From: Litoribrevibacter albus
GTDB taxonomy: Bacteria; Pseudomonadota; Gammaproteobacteria; Pseudomonadales; Litoribrevibacteraceae
NCBI RefSeq assembly: GCF_030159995.1
Contig: NZ_BSNM01000014.1
Span: 421,802-445,801, forward strand
Reading direction: 5' to 3'
DNA length: 24,000 nucleotides
The position numbers and the translations under genes were made by a program. Positions within the stretch are counted from its first letter, which is position 1, and each line of letters starts with the position of its first letter. Shown in pieces: positions 1 to 9,130 of the stretch. Below the pieces are notes generated by a model that ran no database searches, was not told where the DNA came from, and saw only the letters and a list, made by a program, of their open reading frames with translations.

Positions 1-1
1 T

Positions 2-757
2 GAAATAAACTCAATCAGTTTCAATGCCAAAAAGGTAGCTGATTATGCTGAGCTGTGTGGGTTCCAGTTTAACGGTAAGACAGTACCTATTACCTACCCT
101 CACATTCTTGCTTTTAATCTGCACATGGAACTGATGGTGAACCCTTCTTTTCCTGTTCCTCTTCTGGGATTGGTTCACGTCCGGAATAGTATTCGCAGTT
201 ATCGAAGCATTGGTCTCAATGAGTCCATAGACATACACGTGTCGTTAAGCGAAGCACGTGATACCGATAAAGGTATAGAGTTTGACCTGACAACGCAGGT
301 GTACAGTCAAGGCGAACGGGTTTGGGAGTCAGTCAGTACAAATCTATATCGCAAATCCCAGAAGGCCATCAAATCGCCTTATCAACCAAAAGCGCTTAAA
401 GACTATCGATTTGCTGAATTCTGGACTTTGAAAGAAAATACGGGCCGAAAATACGCTAAGGTCTCTGGTGATTCGAATCCAATTCATCTGCATAAATGGA
501 CGGCAAAAGCCTTTGGCTTTAAACAAGCGATCATTCATGGCATGTGGACTAAGGCCAGGACTCTCGCTGCCTTACAGCCGCTTCTGAAAAGCGATGCGAT
601 TTGCATTGAAACAGAGTTCAAGCAACCTATCTTTCTCCCCAGTAAAGTGGGGCTACATTATGATGAAAACAGTGATGGAATAGCCTTTGAAGTCAGAAAT
701 AAAGGCAATGACAAGGTTCACATGAAAGGGCGTGTTAGCTGTATTAGTTCAATCTAA
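2..757 (+). CDS. MaoC-like (R)-specific enoyl-CoA hydratase/dehydratase with hot-dog fold. It is 5'-truncated by the window edge.
   Basis: The frame is open from nt 2 (EINSISFNAKKVADYAELCGF...), so the listed ATG at 125 is internal. The C-terminal half carries the MaoC signature region SGDSNPIHLH...FKQAIIHGMW. The length implies a double hot-dog protein. Confidence 0.75.
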   Translation, partial: EINSISFNAKKVADYAELCGFQFNGKTVPITYPHILAFNLHMELMVNPSFPVPLLGLVHVRNSIRSYRSIGLNESIDIHVSLSEARDTDKGIEFDLTTQVYSQGERVWESVSTNLYRKSQKAIKSPYQPKALKDYRFAEFWTLKENTGRKYAKVSGDSNPIHLHKWTAKAFGFKQAIIHGMWTKARTLAALQPLLKSDAICIETEFKQPIFLPSKVGLHYDENSDGIAFEVRNKGNDKVHMKGRVSCISSI

Positions 758-794
758 GCCTGGCAAACTCACACATCAACCCAACACTGAAAGA

Positions 795-1325
795 TTATGT
801 CATCTCATCTTGGTTTAACGCACTGAGATGAGATTGATACAGGTTCAAATCACTCTCTGAAAAACAACAGAAGATCACGTGTTCAAGATCGTGCACAGAA
901 GACCCAAGAAAAGTACTGACGGTAGTAATTGCGATATCAACCGCTTGCTCTATTGGGTAGCCATAAACACCAGTACTGATCGATGGAAAGGCAAGGCGTT
1001 TAAACTTGTACTTGGCGGCCAGTTTAAGAGATTCCCGATAACAAGACGCTAATAGCTCAGCTTCATTATTTCCCCCGCCACGCCAAACAGGTCCTACCGT
1101 ATGAATAATGAACTTAGCCGGAAGTTTGTAGCCTTGAGTTATTTTGGCTTGTCCTGTAGAGCAACCACTTAACGCCCTGCACTCCGACAATAAACCCGGG
1201 CCAGCAGCTCTGTGTATTGCGCCATCGACACCACCGCCACCCAGCAGACTTTCATTAGCAGCATTCACGATCGCATCAACTTCAAGTTTGGTGATATCAC
1301 CCAACTCTGCAACCAGCCTTGTCAT
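795..1325 (-). CDS. ymdB: Macrodomain protein, O-acetyl-ADP-ribose deacetylase (YmdB family)
   Basis: 176 aa. [35 protein letters not shown] and [10 protein letters not shown]...[12 protein letters not shown] align closely with my recollection of E. coli YmdB along the whole length. Confidence 0.9.
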   Translation of the reverse strand: MTRLVAELGDITKLEVDAIVNAANESLLGGGGVDGAIHRAAGPGLLSECRALSGCSTGQAKITQGYKLPAKFIIHTVGPVWRGGGNNEAELLASCYRESLKLAAKYKFKRLAFPSISTGVYGYPIEQAVDIAITTVSTFLGSSVHDLEHVIFCCFSESDLNLYQSHLSALNQDEMT

Positions 1326-1377
1326 ACTGCAAACCTCAATCAGTATTCTTTCGACGACAAAAACGTTTAGCGTCTAC

Positions 1378-1662
1378 TTAGAGCTTATCGTAGTTCTGGT
1401 AGATTTCCATCAGGGCCTCTACTTGGGTCTGTAAAACGAGCTTTTCATCAATCGTGATGTCTTGCCAATGGATATTTCTCAACCCGGCCTCCATTGCATA
1501 CAGAAAGTTCAGACTGATCCCTTTCTGATAATGGCGCTTGAGCAGTACATACGCCTCAACAGCCCCAACCTGCCTTAACTCTTCCGCAGACTTGATTCCA
1601 ACCGTTAAAAGTTGTTCTGCAGATTTCTCTCCTAAATTTTTAAGCGATGAAATAGCGACCAT
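1378..1662 (-). CDS. TfoX C-terminal domain protein (stand-alone, helix-hairpin-helix-like)
   Basis: 94 aa. LKNLGEKSAEQLLTVGIKSAEELRQVGAVEAYVLLK is the typical TfoX_C pattern. ATG start at 1662. Same strand as its neighbours, with short gaps. Confidence 0.7.
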   Translation of the reverse strand: MVAISSLKNLGEKSAEQLLTVGIKSAEELRQVGAVEAYVLLKRHYQKGISLNFLYAMEAGLRNIHWQDITIDEKLVLQTQVEALMEIYQNYDKL

Positions 1663-1716
1663 GGTACGCTTGCTTATCCCTTTGTTACATTCCTAAACCG
1701 TCATTCACAGCAGAGA

Positions 1717-3027
1717 TCAAACCTTCATGTTGTTGAATTGAATGTCTTGAATCGCTCTATGTTTAAGTTTAAATCGCTGCCAAACCTTAACGTTAAGAAT
1801 GAGCAGAAAAGCACTGATAAGCAACAAAATAGCGCCGGCAATGCGAGAGACCATGGTTCCCAAAGGCGCAGATACCAAAACGGGTAACAGAACAAGATAT
1901 CCGTAGAACAACAGGCGGCCCTGCTTGGCTGAGATAAATTCAGACATTGAAGGCATCATGCTGATGGTATCCATAGATTTCATCGCCAGTTGCTGCAAAT
2001 TTAAAAATGCCAGGAACGGAACAATCTTCAATAACATTCCAAGAATAATCGATACCACAAAACCGAATACGAACATTAGCAAGGCTAAAATATGCATGTA
2101 AGGTTCAACACTGCTCTCCACCACAAAGGAAAGATCAAAGACCAGTATAGAGAGGAGCAACATAATCAAGCCTAAGCGCCAGAAATTAATGGTGGTATCC
2201 GCAACTTTTCTTCGACGTTGCGTTAATAAATACAACGCCGTACCGGCATACCCCACCAACGAAAGATGAAGGAAGAAAAATGCAGCCCAAATAAATGGTC
2301 GATGCTCATTAATCAGCCCTGCCGCCAACATAAGTAAGGCCAGAAAATGAAACATGGGAAGCCCACGCTTCAACCAATCAGGAAATTCTGGCGTAACATG
2401 AAACATCGGAATGACCTGAAAACTCACTCCGATAATGGTTAAAGAAACCCATCCCAACAAACCGAACACAAAGTGGATGTTTGTCAGTACTTTTCCAACC
2501 GATGATATTTCCAACCAATGATAACTGCCCAGTTGCCATAAGCCAGTGAGAACAGTCCCTACCAAACACAACCCGGCAAGCTTAATCGAAAATATCGACA
2601 CATTAGACTTACTATTAAAGAAGACGGTCACAATGCCTGACACCATCAACAGCAATGGAATTGCAATCAGACAGGTCGTAAGTAAAACAATGACTTTGGA
2701 TGGATACAGAAAGTTAATTGGGAAAAGAACTAGCCCGGTGGTGAGTAAGGCATGAAAAACAGTGGCCGAATGATCAACATAGGGAAACCCTCTACCACTT
2801 AACACCGGAAGCACCTGAGTAAGCGCCCCACACATAATCATCAAGATGAAGCCCAAGGTGAACACATGCGTAAGCGCGATAAGATCAGGCTGCCAACGAC
2901 TTAACCAGATATTGGGAAGGCATAATACAATAGCGCCCAAAGTGCTAAACACGGGGGCGGTAATAAAAAATCGCATCGGCGTCTGGAACGAAGGAATATT
3001 GTCAAAAGACAATCCGGAAAGATTCAT
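1717..3027 (-). CDS. Polytopic inner-membrane protein, NnrS-like (putative NO-stress-associated haem/copper membrane protein)
   Basis: 436 aa with about 12 hydrophobic segments and conserved His residues inside TM segments (LTHVFTLGF..., NIHFVFGLLGW..., MFHVTPEF). Family assignment rests on loose resemblance to NnrS and on its position downstream of hemerythrin and DUF2249 genes. The CDS is solid but the function is tentative. Confidence 0.6.
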   Translation of the reverse strand: MNLSGLSFDNIPSFQTPMRFFITAPVFSTLGAIVLCLPNIWLSRWQPDLIALTHVFTLGFILMIMCGALTQVLPVLSGRGFPYVDHSATVFHALLTTGLVLFPINFLYPSKVIVLLTTCLIAIPLLLMVSGIVTVFFNSKSNVSIFSIKLAGLCLVGTVLTGLWQLGSYHWLEISSVGKVLTNIHFVFGLLGWVSLTIIGVSFQVIPMFHVTPEFPDWLKRGLPMFHFLALLMLAAGLINEHRPFIWAAFFFLHLSLVGYAGTALYLLTQRRRKVADTTINFWRLGLIMLLLSILVFDLSFVVESSVEPYMHILALLMFVFGFVVSIILGMLLKIVPFLAFLNLQQLAMKSMDTISMMPSMSEFISAKQGRLLFYGYLVLLPVLVSAPLGTMVSRIAGAILLLISAFLLILNVKVWQRFKLKHRAIQDIQFNNMKV

Positions 3028-3046
3028 AATTTAAGAGCCCCTCACA

Positions 3047-3346
3047 TTACTTGCTTGGTTCACGTTGTCTGGACTGCCAAATATGTATCTGGTATCGCGC
3101 CTCTGTTTGTTGAATGGTTTTGAAATCAAAGCCAAGAGAAGCCAATTTTTGATAGAGCGGAAATGGTTCCCGTCGATGATGAACACACAGCACTTCGCCT
3201 GGGCTTAGTTTTGGTAATGCCTCTAATATACAGACCATAGGTTCTGGCGGTTCAAGCTCACTCACATCCAGATGAATTGTTTTTAAACCACCAATATCCG
3301 TAGCTTGATCAAGCGTTAGATCATTACTAATAGCTGAATCAAGCAC
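3047..3346 (-). CDS. DUF2249 domain protein (TusA/SirA-like fold)
   Basis: 99 aa. LDVSELEPPEPMVCILEALPKLSPGEVLCVHHRREPFPLYQKL matches the DUF2249 core pattern. The GTG start overlaps the upstream hemerythrin stop by 8 nt (3339-3346). Confidence 0.75.
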   Translation of the reverse strand: MLDSAISNDLTLDQATDIGGLKTIHLDVSELEPPEPMVCILEALPKLSPGEVLCVHHRREPFPLYQKLASLGFDFKTIQQTEARYQIHIWQSRQREPSK

Positions 3347-3776
3347 ACGCAGCAGACTTCATATCTGCAATCACGGCTTCCGCCTGGATAAGAGCACGAT
3401 CAACCATCGGATAAAGCATCTGCTCTTCTTTCATGTTGTGCTGCTGAATAAATACCATTAATGAATCCGACAGCCCAAGAAACGCCTCTTTATCTTCTGA
3501 CATCAATGCAGATTCCAGATTTGAACAAATTGAGCGCATTTGTTGATGCTCCATTCTCATCACCATGGTCGGCCCTTGGGTCATCCCGGTCGCTTCTTCA
3601 AACTGAGGAAACAACACGTTTTCCTCCATAACCAAATGGTCTTCCAAATCTGCTTTAAATAGGTGCCATTTTTGTTTGGCGTCAGACCATTGCTCAGCCA
3701 CCACCGAATTTTCAGCGTCTGAAAATAATTGATCGCACTCACGGTGTTTGTGAGTCATGAATTCACTGATGGACAT
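3339..3776 (-). CDS. Hemerythrin-like cation-binding domain protein
   Basis: H/E-rich hemerythrin pattern (HKHRECDQLF..., LEDHLVMEENVLFP, MRMEHQQM, IQQHNMKEE). I prefer the internal ATG at 3776 (MSISEFMTHKH) because GGGAGAG lies 4 nt upstream. The track start at 3839 adds 21 unsupported residues. Confidence 0.8.
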   Translation of the reverse strand: MSISEFMTHKHRECDQLFSDAENSVVAEQWSDAKQKWHLFKADLEDHLVMEENVLFPQFEEATGMTQGPTMVMRMEHQQMRSICSNLESALMSEDKEAFLGLSDSLMVFIQQHNMKEEQMLYPMVDRALIQAEAVIADMKSAACA

Positions 3777-3838
3777 ATCGCTCTCCCTAAATTGGTTCTT
3801 AATAGGGTTTAATTTAGTCTCATATTGGTGAATAAACA

Positions 3839-3852
3839 TTGACCAAGATTAA
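3839..3852. promoter_or_regulatory. Candidate FNR/Dnr(CRP-family) box TTGAC-caag-ATTAA
   Basis: 8/10 match to TTGAT-N4-ATCAA. On the minus strand a TAAATT hexamer (rc of 3811-3816) sits where the -10 of a class II promoter centred at -41.5 would be, about 28 nt before the hemerythrin ATG. Confidence 0.3.
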
Positions 3853-3934
3853 TAAAATACGAGATAGCAAAATTCGCCAAAACGAGTTCGACTCGTTAGA
3901 ATTTCTCCGAGATTCACAATTAACCGGATGCAGT

Positions 3935-4834
3935 ATGAAGATAGGGATTGATTTAGGCGGTACTAAAATAGAATGCGTTGTTATTTCGCAGGACAATCAC
4001 ATCATCTTTCGGGAGCGATTACCTACACCCAAAGGGGATTATCTCGGCATTTTAGATAGCATAGAAAGTCTGGTTAATAAGACTCTTCCTTATGCCCCGC
4101 ACAATACTCCTATCGGTATTGGCATTCCCGGCACCTTATCCTCAGATACCGGCACGATAAAAAATGCCAATACTACCTGTCTGATTGGTGAACCTCTGGA
4201 TCAAGACCTGGCTGTCATGTTGAATAGACCGATCAAGCTTGCCAATGACGCTAATTGTTTTATTTGGTCTGAATTCTGTGACGGTGCGGCCAAGGGTAAA
4301 ACGAATGCATTTGGTGTCATTATCGGCACCGGTGTTGGTGGTGGTTTGGTGGTAAACCATCAGTTGGTAAACGGCTTGAATGGCATTGCGGGAGAATGGG
4401 GGCACAACCCTCTCCCCCATTTCGGTTTAGAACAACGTCCTTGTTACTGCTCGAAAGAAGACTGTGTAGAGACCTACTTATCCGGCCCGGCGTTTGAAAA
4501 AAGCTTTTTAGATGCCTCTCCTCAAACCACAGCAACATCGGTAGGCTCTGAAGAAATCGTCAGTTTGGCACGGATTGGCGACCCATTAGCCAAACAACAT
4601 CTCGATAATTACGCAAAAATGCTAGCAGCCAGCCTGACCAGCGTCATCAATATAGTAGACCCTGACATCATCGTGCTTGGTGGCGGCATGTCCAACATCG
4701 ATGAACTCTATGAATTAGTACCTAAATACCTGCAGGAATATGTGTTCTCAGACACCATTCATACACCCATCGTTAAAGCCAAGCACGGAGACTCCAGCGG
4801 TGTTCGCGGTGCGGCATGGCTTTGGAACGAATAA
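3935..4834 (+). CDS. mak: ROK-family sugar kinase (fructokinase/mannokinase Mak-like)
   Basis: MKIGIDLGGTKIE..., ANDANCF, GEWGHNPLP, PCYCSKEDCVETYLSG and KAKHGDSSGVRGAAWLW are near-colinear with my recollection of E. coli Mak. The listed TTG start at 3839 adds a non-homologous 32-aa extension, so I take ATG 3935. Confidence 0.85.
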   Translation: MKIGIDLGGTKIECVVISQDNHIIFRERLPTPKGDYLGILDSIESLVNKTLPYAPHNTPIGIGIPGTLSSDTGTIKNANTTCLIGEPLDQDLAVMLNRPIKLANDANCFIWSEFCDGAAKGKTNAFGVIIGTGVGGGLVVNHQLVNGLNGIAGEWGHNPLPHFGLEQRPCYCSKEDCVETYLSGPAFEKSFLDASPQTTATSVGSEEIVSLARIGDPLAKQHLDNYAKMLAASLTSVINIVDPDIIVLGGGMSNIDELYELVPKYLQEYVFSDTIHTPIVKAKHGDSSGVRGAAWLWNE

Positions 4835-4835
4835 G

Positions 4836-5354
4836 TTAATCTTTCTGGAAGACTAAGAGCCGGTTATTGGCAGGCATGGCGTGATCAGATCTACACGTCA
4901 TGCCGACCTCACCAAAGGCTTCAGCCACATCACTGAACTGCCTTACCCCAGATTCTGGATTCCGGTTTTTTAACCACGCATCAAACTCTAAATTACTCAC
5001 CACAGGCGGTTGGTCGTTATAAAAAAATGGACCATAGATCGCACAGACGCCCCCCTTACCTAACACTTCTGACACTAATTTCATAAAAGCCTGACAACCT
5101 TGCCAGCTCATGATATGGAGACTGTTCGAAGTGTATACACAATCAAAAGGAGACAATGTTTGAATCTCTGCCACATCACGACCATCCAGAACATCCAGGG
5201 TTTTGATGGGGGGAAACGTCACTGCACCTAATTCGTTGAGGTTGATTTGAAGGGCATTCCGTTCTGACGACATTTCCGTACACTGCCAGATCAACTCAGG
5301 ATTTTGTTGAGTAAAATACAAGGCGTGTTGGCCAGAGCCAGAAGCAATCTCCAA
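4836..5354 (-). CDS. DUF938 class I SAM-dependent methyltransferase. Start unresolved, see findings.
   Basis: LEIASGSGQH is the SAM-binding motif I and the rest is colinear with the DUF938 family. Coordinates use the first canonical start (TTG 5354), but family-typical sequence YAPAADRNKGPIWQVLKTYLP continues in frame upstream to a TAG at 5475-5477. Confidence 0.7.
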   Translation of the reverse strand: MEIASGSGQHALYFTQQNPELIWQCTEMSSERNALQINLNELGAVTFPPIKTLDVLDGRDVAEIQTLSPFDCVYTSNSLHIMSWQGCQAFMKLVSEVLGKGGVCAIYGPFFYNDQPPVVSNLEFDAWLKNRNPESGVRQFSDVAEAFGEVGMTCRSDHAMPANNRLLVFQKD

Positions 5355-5451
5355 AACCTTTTGATTTGAAGGCAGGTACGTTTTCAGTACCTGCCAAATT
5401 GGGCCTTTGTTCCTATCTGCCGCAGGCGCGTAATTCAGATAAGTTGTCTGA

Positions 5452-6678
5452 TCATTGATAACGATAACCGTCTCCTAGTGACTTGGTACGAAACGGTGAG
5501 AAGAACAAATGAACCTCTTCAACCGGTGAATATACATCCAACGATTTGGCATCTGCGATCTTCACGAGTTCCCTGTCTTTTTTAGTTCTCACAATCATGC
5601 TGTTTCTTTCACGATTGGACTTATCCTGAATCTGTTCTAACGAATCAAAAAGTTCAACATCAAGGTTTTCAGAGGTAATAACAAAATCCAATAACAAAGA
5701 CTTTCCGTTCTCAAACGTCGCCATAGCTGTAACCGGTTTGATTAACTTCTGTCCGTCCCAACGGCTCGGTTGCTCTGTCACCACGGAGGTTTCAGTAACC
5801 GAATTTCCCTTACCGACGATACCAAACAGCCAATCAAAGTTTTGCTGAATGACTTGATCAAAGGCTTTTTCGGTATTTACACGATGAAGCTGATCGTTAT
5901 AGCGTTTCTCAGAGGTAGGTGTCCAAACGAGCGGTTTTTCAACAACAGGGTATGTCTTGTTTTTTATAAAGCCATCTTCCTGATGAGCATACCGAATGGC
6001 CTGAGCCAATTGTTTCGGAAGTTCCTTCGCTATACGTTGGGACTCGGAGTCGAAGTATACCTGTGCGGCCGATAAAAACGCCTGATTTGAATCATAAACT
6101 TGTTGATCATGAGAAAGATTACCAGCGACTGCTCTTGGGTTTTCGTATTGGTTTTCACCAAAAGCAGGTCGGCCTGTAATCACCGCGTATTGATCCATCG
6201 TTTTATCCCAAGCTGGGTCATCCGGCATCAGTTTGGTAACGGTAAGATTCCTTCGAGTTTGAGCAGGTAATGAGTTAACGTCTTTGACAATGCAAAGATC
6301 GATTTTCATTTTAGTCTTGTCAGTGACTCCGTTCGTTAATAATCCCCGTTTCATTACATAATCAGGCTGCCCCTCCAATGGCGCAAACGTATAGGAATAA
6401 TTCCCATACTTACTGCCAAAGTAGTAAGTACCCGTTTCAATGGTTTTGGAATTGGTATACACGCCTGACGGTTTCAAACTACGAGGGTTTTTAAAATCGC
6501 CACAAACCACCCCATGAATGAAAATGGTTTGTTCTCGATCTAAAAAGTAATCAGGATAGCCCTCTACCGCTTGTGCAGTGGACACAACACAGGAGGCCGC
6601 CACACTACAAAAGGCTAAAACAGAAAGAGAAAAATACTTGGGTATTAAAGGCACAAAATATGTTTTGCGGATGGACAC
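5452..6678 (-). CDS. Secreted protein of unknown function
   Basis: 408 aa. GTG start at 6678 preceded by AAGGAGG (5-nt spacer). N-terminal signal peptide (...FSLSVLAFCSVAASCVVSTAQA/VEG). I recognise no family. Confidence 0.7.
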   Translation of the reverse strand: MSIRKTYFVPLIPKYFSLSVLAFCSVAASCVVSTAQAVEGYPDYFLDREQTIFIHGVVCGDFKNPRSLKPSGVYTNSKTIETGTYYFGSKYGNYSYTFAPLEGQPDYVMKRGLLTNGVTDKTKMKIDLCIVKDVNSLPAQTRRNLTVTKLMPDDPAWDKTMDQYAVITGRPAFGENQYENPRAVAGNLSHDQQVYDSNQAFLSAAQVYFDSESQRIAKELPKQLAQAIRYAHQEDGFIKNKTYPVVEKPLVWTPTSEKRYNDQLHRVNTEKAFDQVIQQNFDWLFGIVGKGNSVTETSVVTEQPSRWDGQKLIKPVTAMATFENGKSLLLDFVITSENLDVELFDSLEQIQDKSNRERNSMIVRTKKDRELVKIADAKSLDVYSPVEEVHLFFSPFRTKSLGDGYRYQ

Positions 6679-6788
6679 GGGAGCCTCCTTGATCCAACGG
6701 GTTTGCTTTTTATGATTATTCCTAAAAAGCTAATACAACACTGGAGAAATACAAGAAGACTCTGAAACTGATATTTCAAAAAATTAAT

Positions 6789-7202
6789 TTACTCTCTTAC
6801 ACCCAGAATAACATTTTGAAGATCAGTGGTATCCTCACATAATTCACTTCCTGAATCAGTGCGCATAATAGATATCATAGTCGTGAATGCATCTCTTTGA
6901 TCTTGTCTAGCCATTGAGGCCCCAAGTTTTTCAAAATTTGAGAATGCGGAAATGGCTTCTCTTGATCCGTAAAGGCAAATTCGTGACTTGGCATCGCCAG
7001 TTCTTGAAAACAACTCTTGCTGCTCTTTACTTCCTAATTTAGGTCTAAACTGTGCCTGCTCACAAACACACTTTAAATAATCCATATAAGCTTGAGAACG
7101 TAAATCACGAAGATGTCTTTGATTTTCTATATGCTTAGTAAAAAAATACTGTAGAGAAGCACCAATAACTACACCTAAGAATGAAATTAAAGCTGTTAAC
7201 AA
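6789..7202 (-). CDS. Small N-terminally membrane-anchored protein of unknown function
   Basis: 137 aa. TTG start preceded by AAGGAG with an 8-nt spacer. One N-terminal TM helix (LTALISFLGVVIGASLQYFF). Visibly AT-richer than rmuC, which ends 25 nt upstream. Confidence 0.6.
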   Translation of the reverse strand: MLTALISFLGVVIGASLQYFFTKHIENQRHLRDLRSQAYMDYLKCVCEQAQFRPKLGSKEQQELFSRTGDAKSRICLYGSREAISAFSNFEKLGASMARQDQRDAFTTMISIMRTDSGSELCEDTTDLQNVILGVRE

Positions 7203-7226
7203 ACTAATTACTCCTTTATCTGATAT

Positions 7227-8897
7227 CTAGCTTTCCAACTCAGGGACGATTAAATCCAGTTTGCCATTTTCTACTTCAGGCACGGACTCATTCGGTTCTG
7301 GTAATGACTTGGAGACTTTGACAGAAAGGTCTTTAAACTTAGCGACTTTCGGATACAAGCCTTGCTGCCCCGCCATCGCAGTCACAGCGCCGTTATAGGC
7401 ATTCGTTGCGGTTTTTAATCCATTACCGACTTTATTCAAACGATCCGCCATCACACATAACTGGTTATAAACATCCGCCGCCTGATCAGCAATCTGACGC
7501 GCTTGCTCATTGCTTCGTTCCATCACCCACAAATTCGCGACGGTGCGAACAATTGGCAATAAGGTTGTTGGCGTCACTAATACCACGTTTCGCTCAAAGC
7601 CATAATTAAACAAGGTTCTGTCATGCTCTACGGCGGCTAGAAAGGCAGGTTCAATCGGCATAAACATCAAGACAAAGTCCGGCGAGTTCATTCCGATCAA
7701 ATTGGTGTAATCTTTTGACGACAAGCCATCAATGTGAGTTCTGATAGAAGCAACGTGGGCGTCTAAATACTGCTTCTTGCTGGCCTCATCTTCGGCTTCT
7801 ACCGAATTAACATAGGCCACCAACGACACCTTACTATCAATAATGACAGACTTGTTGCCAGGCAACTTCACAATCAAATCCGGGCGTTTATTCTTACCCT
7901 CTTCATCTTTGAAGTTGGCTTCACGCTCAAATTCCTGACCTTTACTTAAGCCAGAGCTTTCCAGAATCATTTCTGCTTGAAGTTCGCCCCACGAACCTTG
8001 TTGCTTATTATCCCCTTTCAAAGCTTTTGTCAGATTGCTGGCTTCATCGGTAATCTGCTGATTCAGTTTACGAAGGTGCTCTAGCTCTTGTGACAGGCTG
8101 GCTTTGGCTTTGGTGTCTTCTGTATGAATGGCCTCAACACGCGCTTTAAAGTCTGACATCTGTTCTTTGAACGGCGTCAGCATCGCATCAATGGATTGTT
8201 TGCTGGTTTCGGTGAAACTCTTACCTTTTTCTTCGAAAATTTTATTGGCCAGATTCTCAAAATCTTTTGCCAACTGAGCGCGATTATCTTCTAAAAGCTG
8301 CAGTTGCTCTTTGTGCTTATTGTCGCGTTCATCTAAAGAGGTTTTTAATTCTGCATAATCTGCTTTGAGTTGAGATTGAGCTAAATGCAGCTGCTGAAGA
8401 TCACTTTCCCTGTCTGCTAACTTGCCTTTGAGTTCATCTAACTGAGCCGTCAGCTGATTGGCTTGAGTAAGGTGTTTCGAGGCATCGGCTTTAACGTTTG
8501 AAAGCTCATTGGTTAAGTGATGTGACTTCTCTTGTTCTTTCTCAATCTGAACCTGTTTTGCTTCTTCCCGCTCTTTTGACTGAGTTAACTGTAATTGTTC
8601 AGATTCAAGCTGAGTGGACAGACGCCCGACTACTTGCTCAATTGAGTGCTTTGCTTCGTTAAGGTCTGAATACGCTACTACTTGCTGCTCAAGCTTTTGT
8701 TGACACTGTTCAAATTGAAGTTTGGTACTCGCCAGTAGTTGTTGAAGATTAATCGTCTCAGACTCTAAACGGGTTTTCTCCAAAACCTCTTGCTCTAATT
8801 GCTTTTTCATCTTTGAAACAGCCAAAAGATAGCTCGTTATTGAGGCGAGAATGATTCCGAGCACACCAAAAACAGCTACTAAAACAGTTTGATCCAT
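7227..8897 (-). CDS. rmuC: DNA recombination protein RmuC
   Basis: N-terminal TM helix, long Q/E/L-rich coiled coil, and a C-terminal RmuC nuclease-like domain (RPDLIVKLPGNKSVIIDSKVSLVAY...FVLMFMPIEPAF). ATG at 8897 (MDQTVLVAV) is preferred over the TTG at 8927. Confidence 0.9.
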   Translation of the reverse strand: MDQTVLVAVFGVLGIILASITSYLLAVSKMKKQLEQEVLEKTRLESETINLQQLLASTKLQFEQCQQKLEQQVVAYSDLNEAKHSIEQVVGRLSTQLESEQLQLTQSKEREEAKQVQIEKEQEKSHHLTNELSNVKADASKHLTQANQLTAQLDELKGKLADRESDLQQLHLAQSQLKADYAELKTSLDERDNKHKEQLQLLEDNRAQLAKDFENLANKIFEEKGKSFTETSKQSIDAMLTPFKEQMSDFKARVEAIHTEDTKAKASLSQELEHLRKLNQQITDEASNLTKALKGDNKQQGSWGELQAEMILESSGLSKGQEFEREANFKDEEGKNKRPDLIVKLPGNKSVIIDSKVSLVAYVNSVEAEDEASKKQYLDAHVASIRTHIDGLSSKDYTNLIGMNSPDFVLMFMPIEPAFLAAVEHDRTLFNYGFERNVVLVTPTTLLPIVRTVANLWVMERSNEQARQIADQAADVYNQLCVMADRLNKVGNGLKTATNAYNGAVTAMAGQQGLYPKVAKFKDLSVKVSKSLPEPNESVPEVENGKLDLIVPELES

Positions 8898-9130
8898 GCG
8901 TAAAGTTACCTTTGAAAGACTGAGCAATTAAGAGAGAAGCTAAAGTACCACGGCTTTAAGGGCTCATAAAGAGAGAGCTGGTTCACACATCAAAAAATAT
9001 GTAACTGGCGTAAGGGCAAATCAAACCCCACCTACCCGTTTGGATAGTGGGCATACATGCAGGCTTTGATGATGATGGTTTAACAACCTAGAAAACATTC
9101 GCTCTATAAAGATAAAAACAAGGAAAAGCG

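Noticed and set aside
3881-3897. Inverted repeat AACGAGT-tcg-ACTCGTT about 40 nt upstream of mak, considered as a specific operator
   Set aside because: It is real in the sequence, but I cannot match it to any known regulator consensus (not NagC/Mlc-like as far as I recall). It is a 7-bp arm only, so I left it uncalled.
3839-3934. N-terminal extension of the ROK kinase from the TTG at 3839, and the hemerythrin start at 3839 on the other strand
   Set aside because: Homology to Mak begins at MKIGIDLGG (ATG 3935). The hemerythrin has a GGGAGAG RBS before ATG 3776. Using the longer starts would make the two divergent genes abut with no promoter space.
7227-8897. RmuC as part of a defence island together with the downstream orphan genes
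   Set aside because: The protein has the canonical full-length housekeeping RmuC architecture (TM, coiled coil, nuclease-like domain) and normal composition. Nothing in the sequence ties it functionally to the neighbours.
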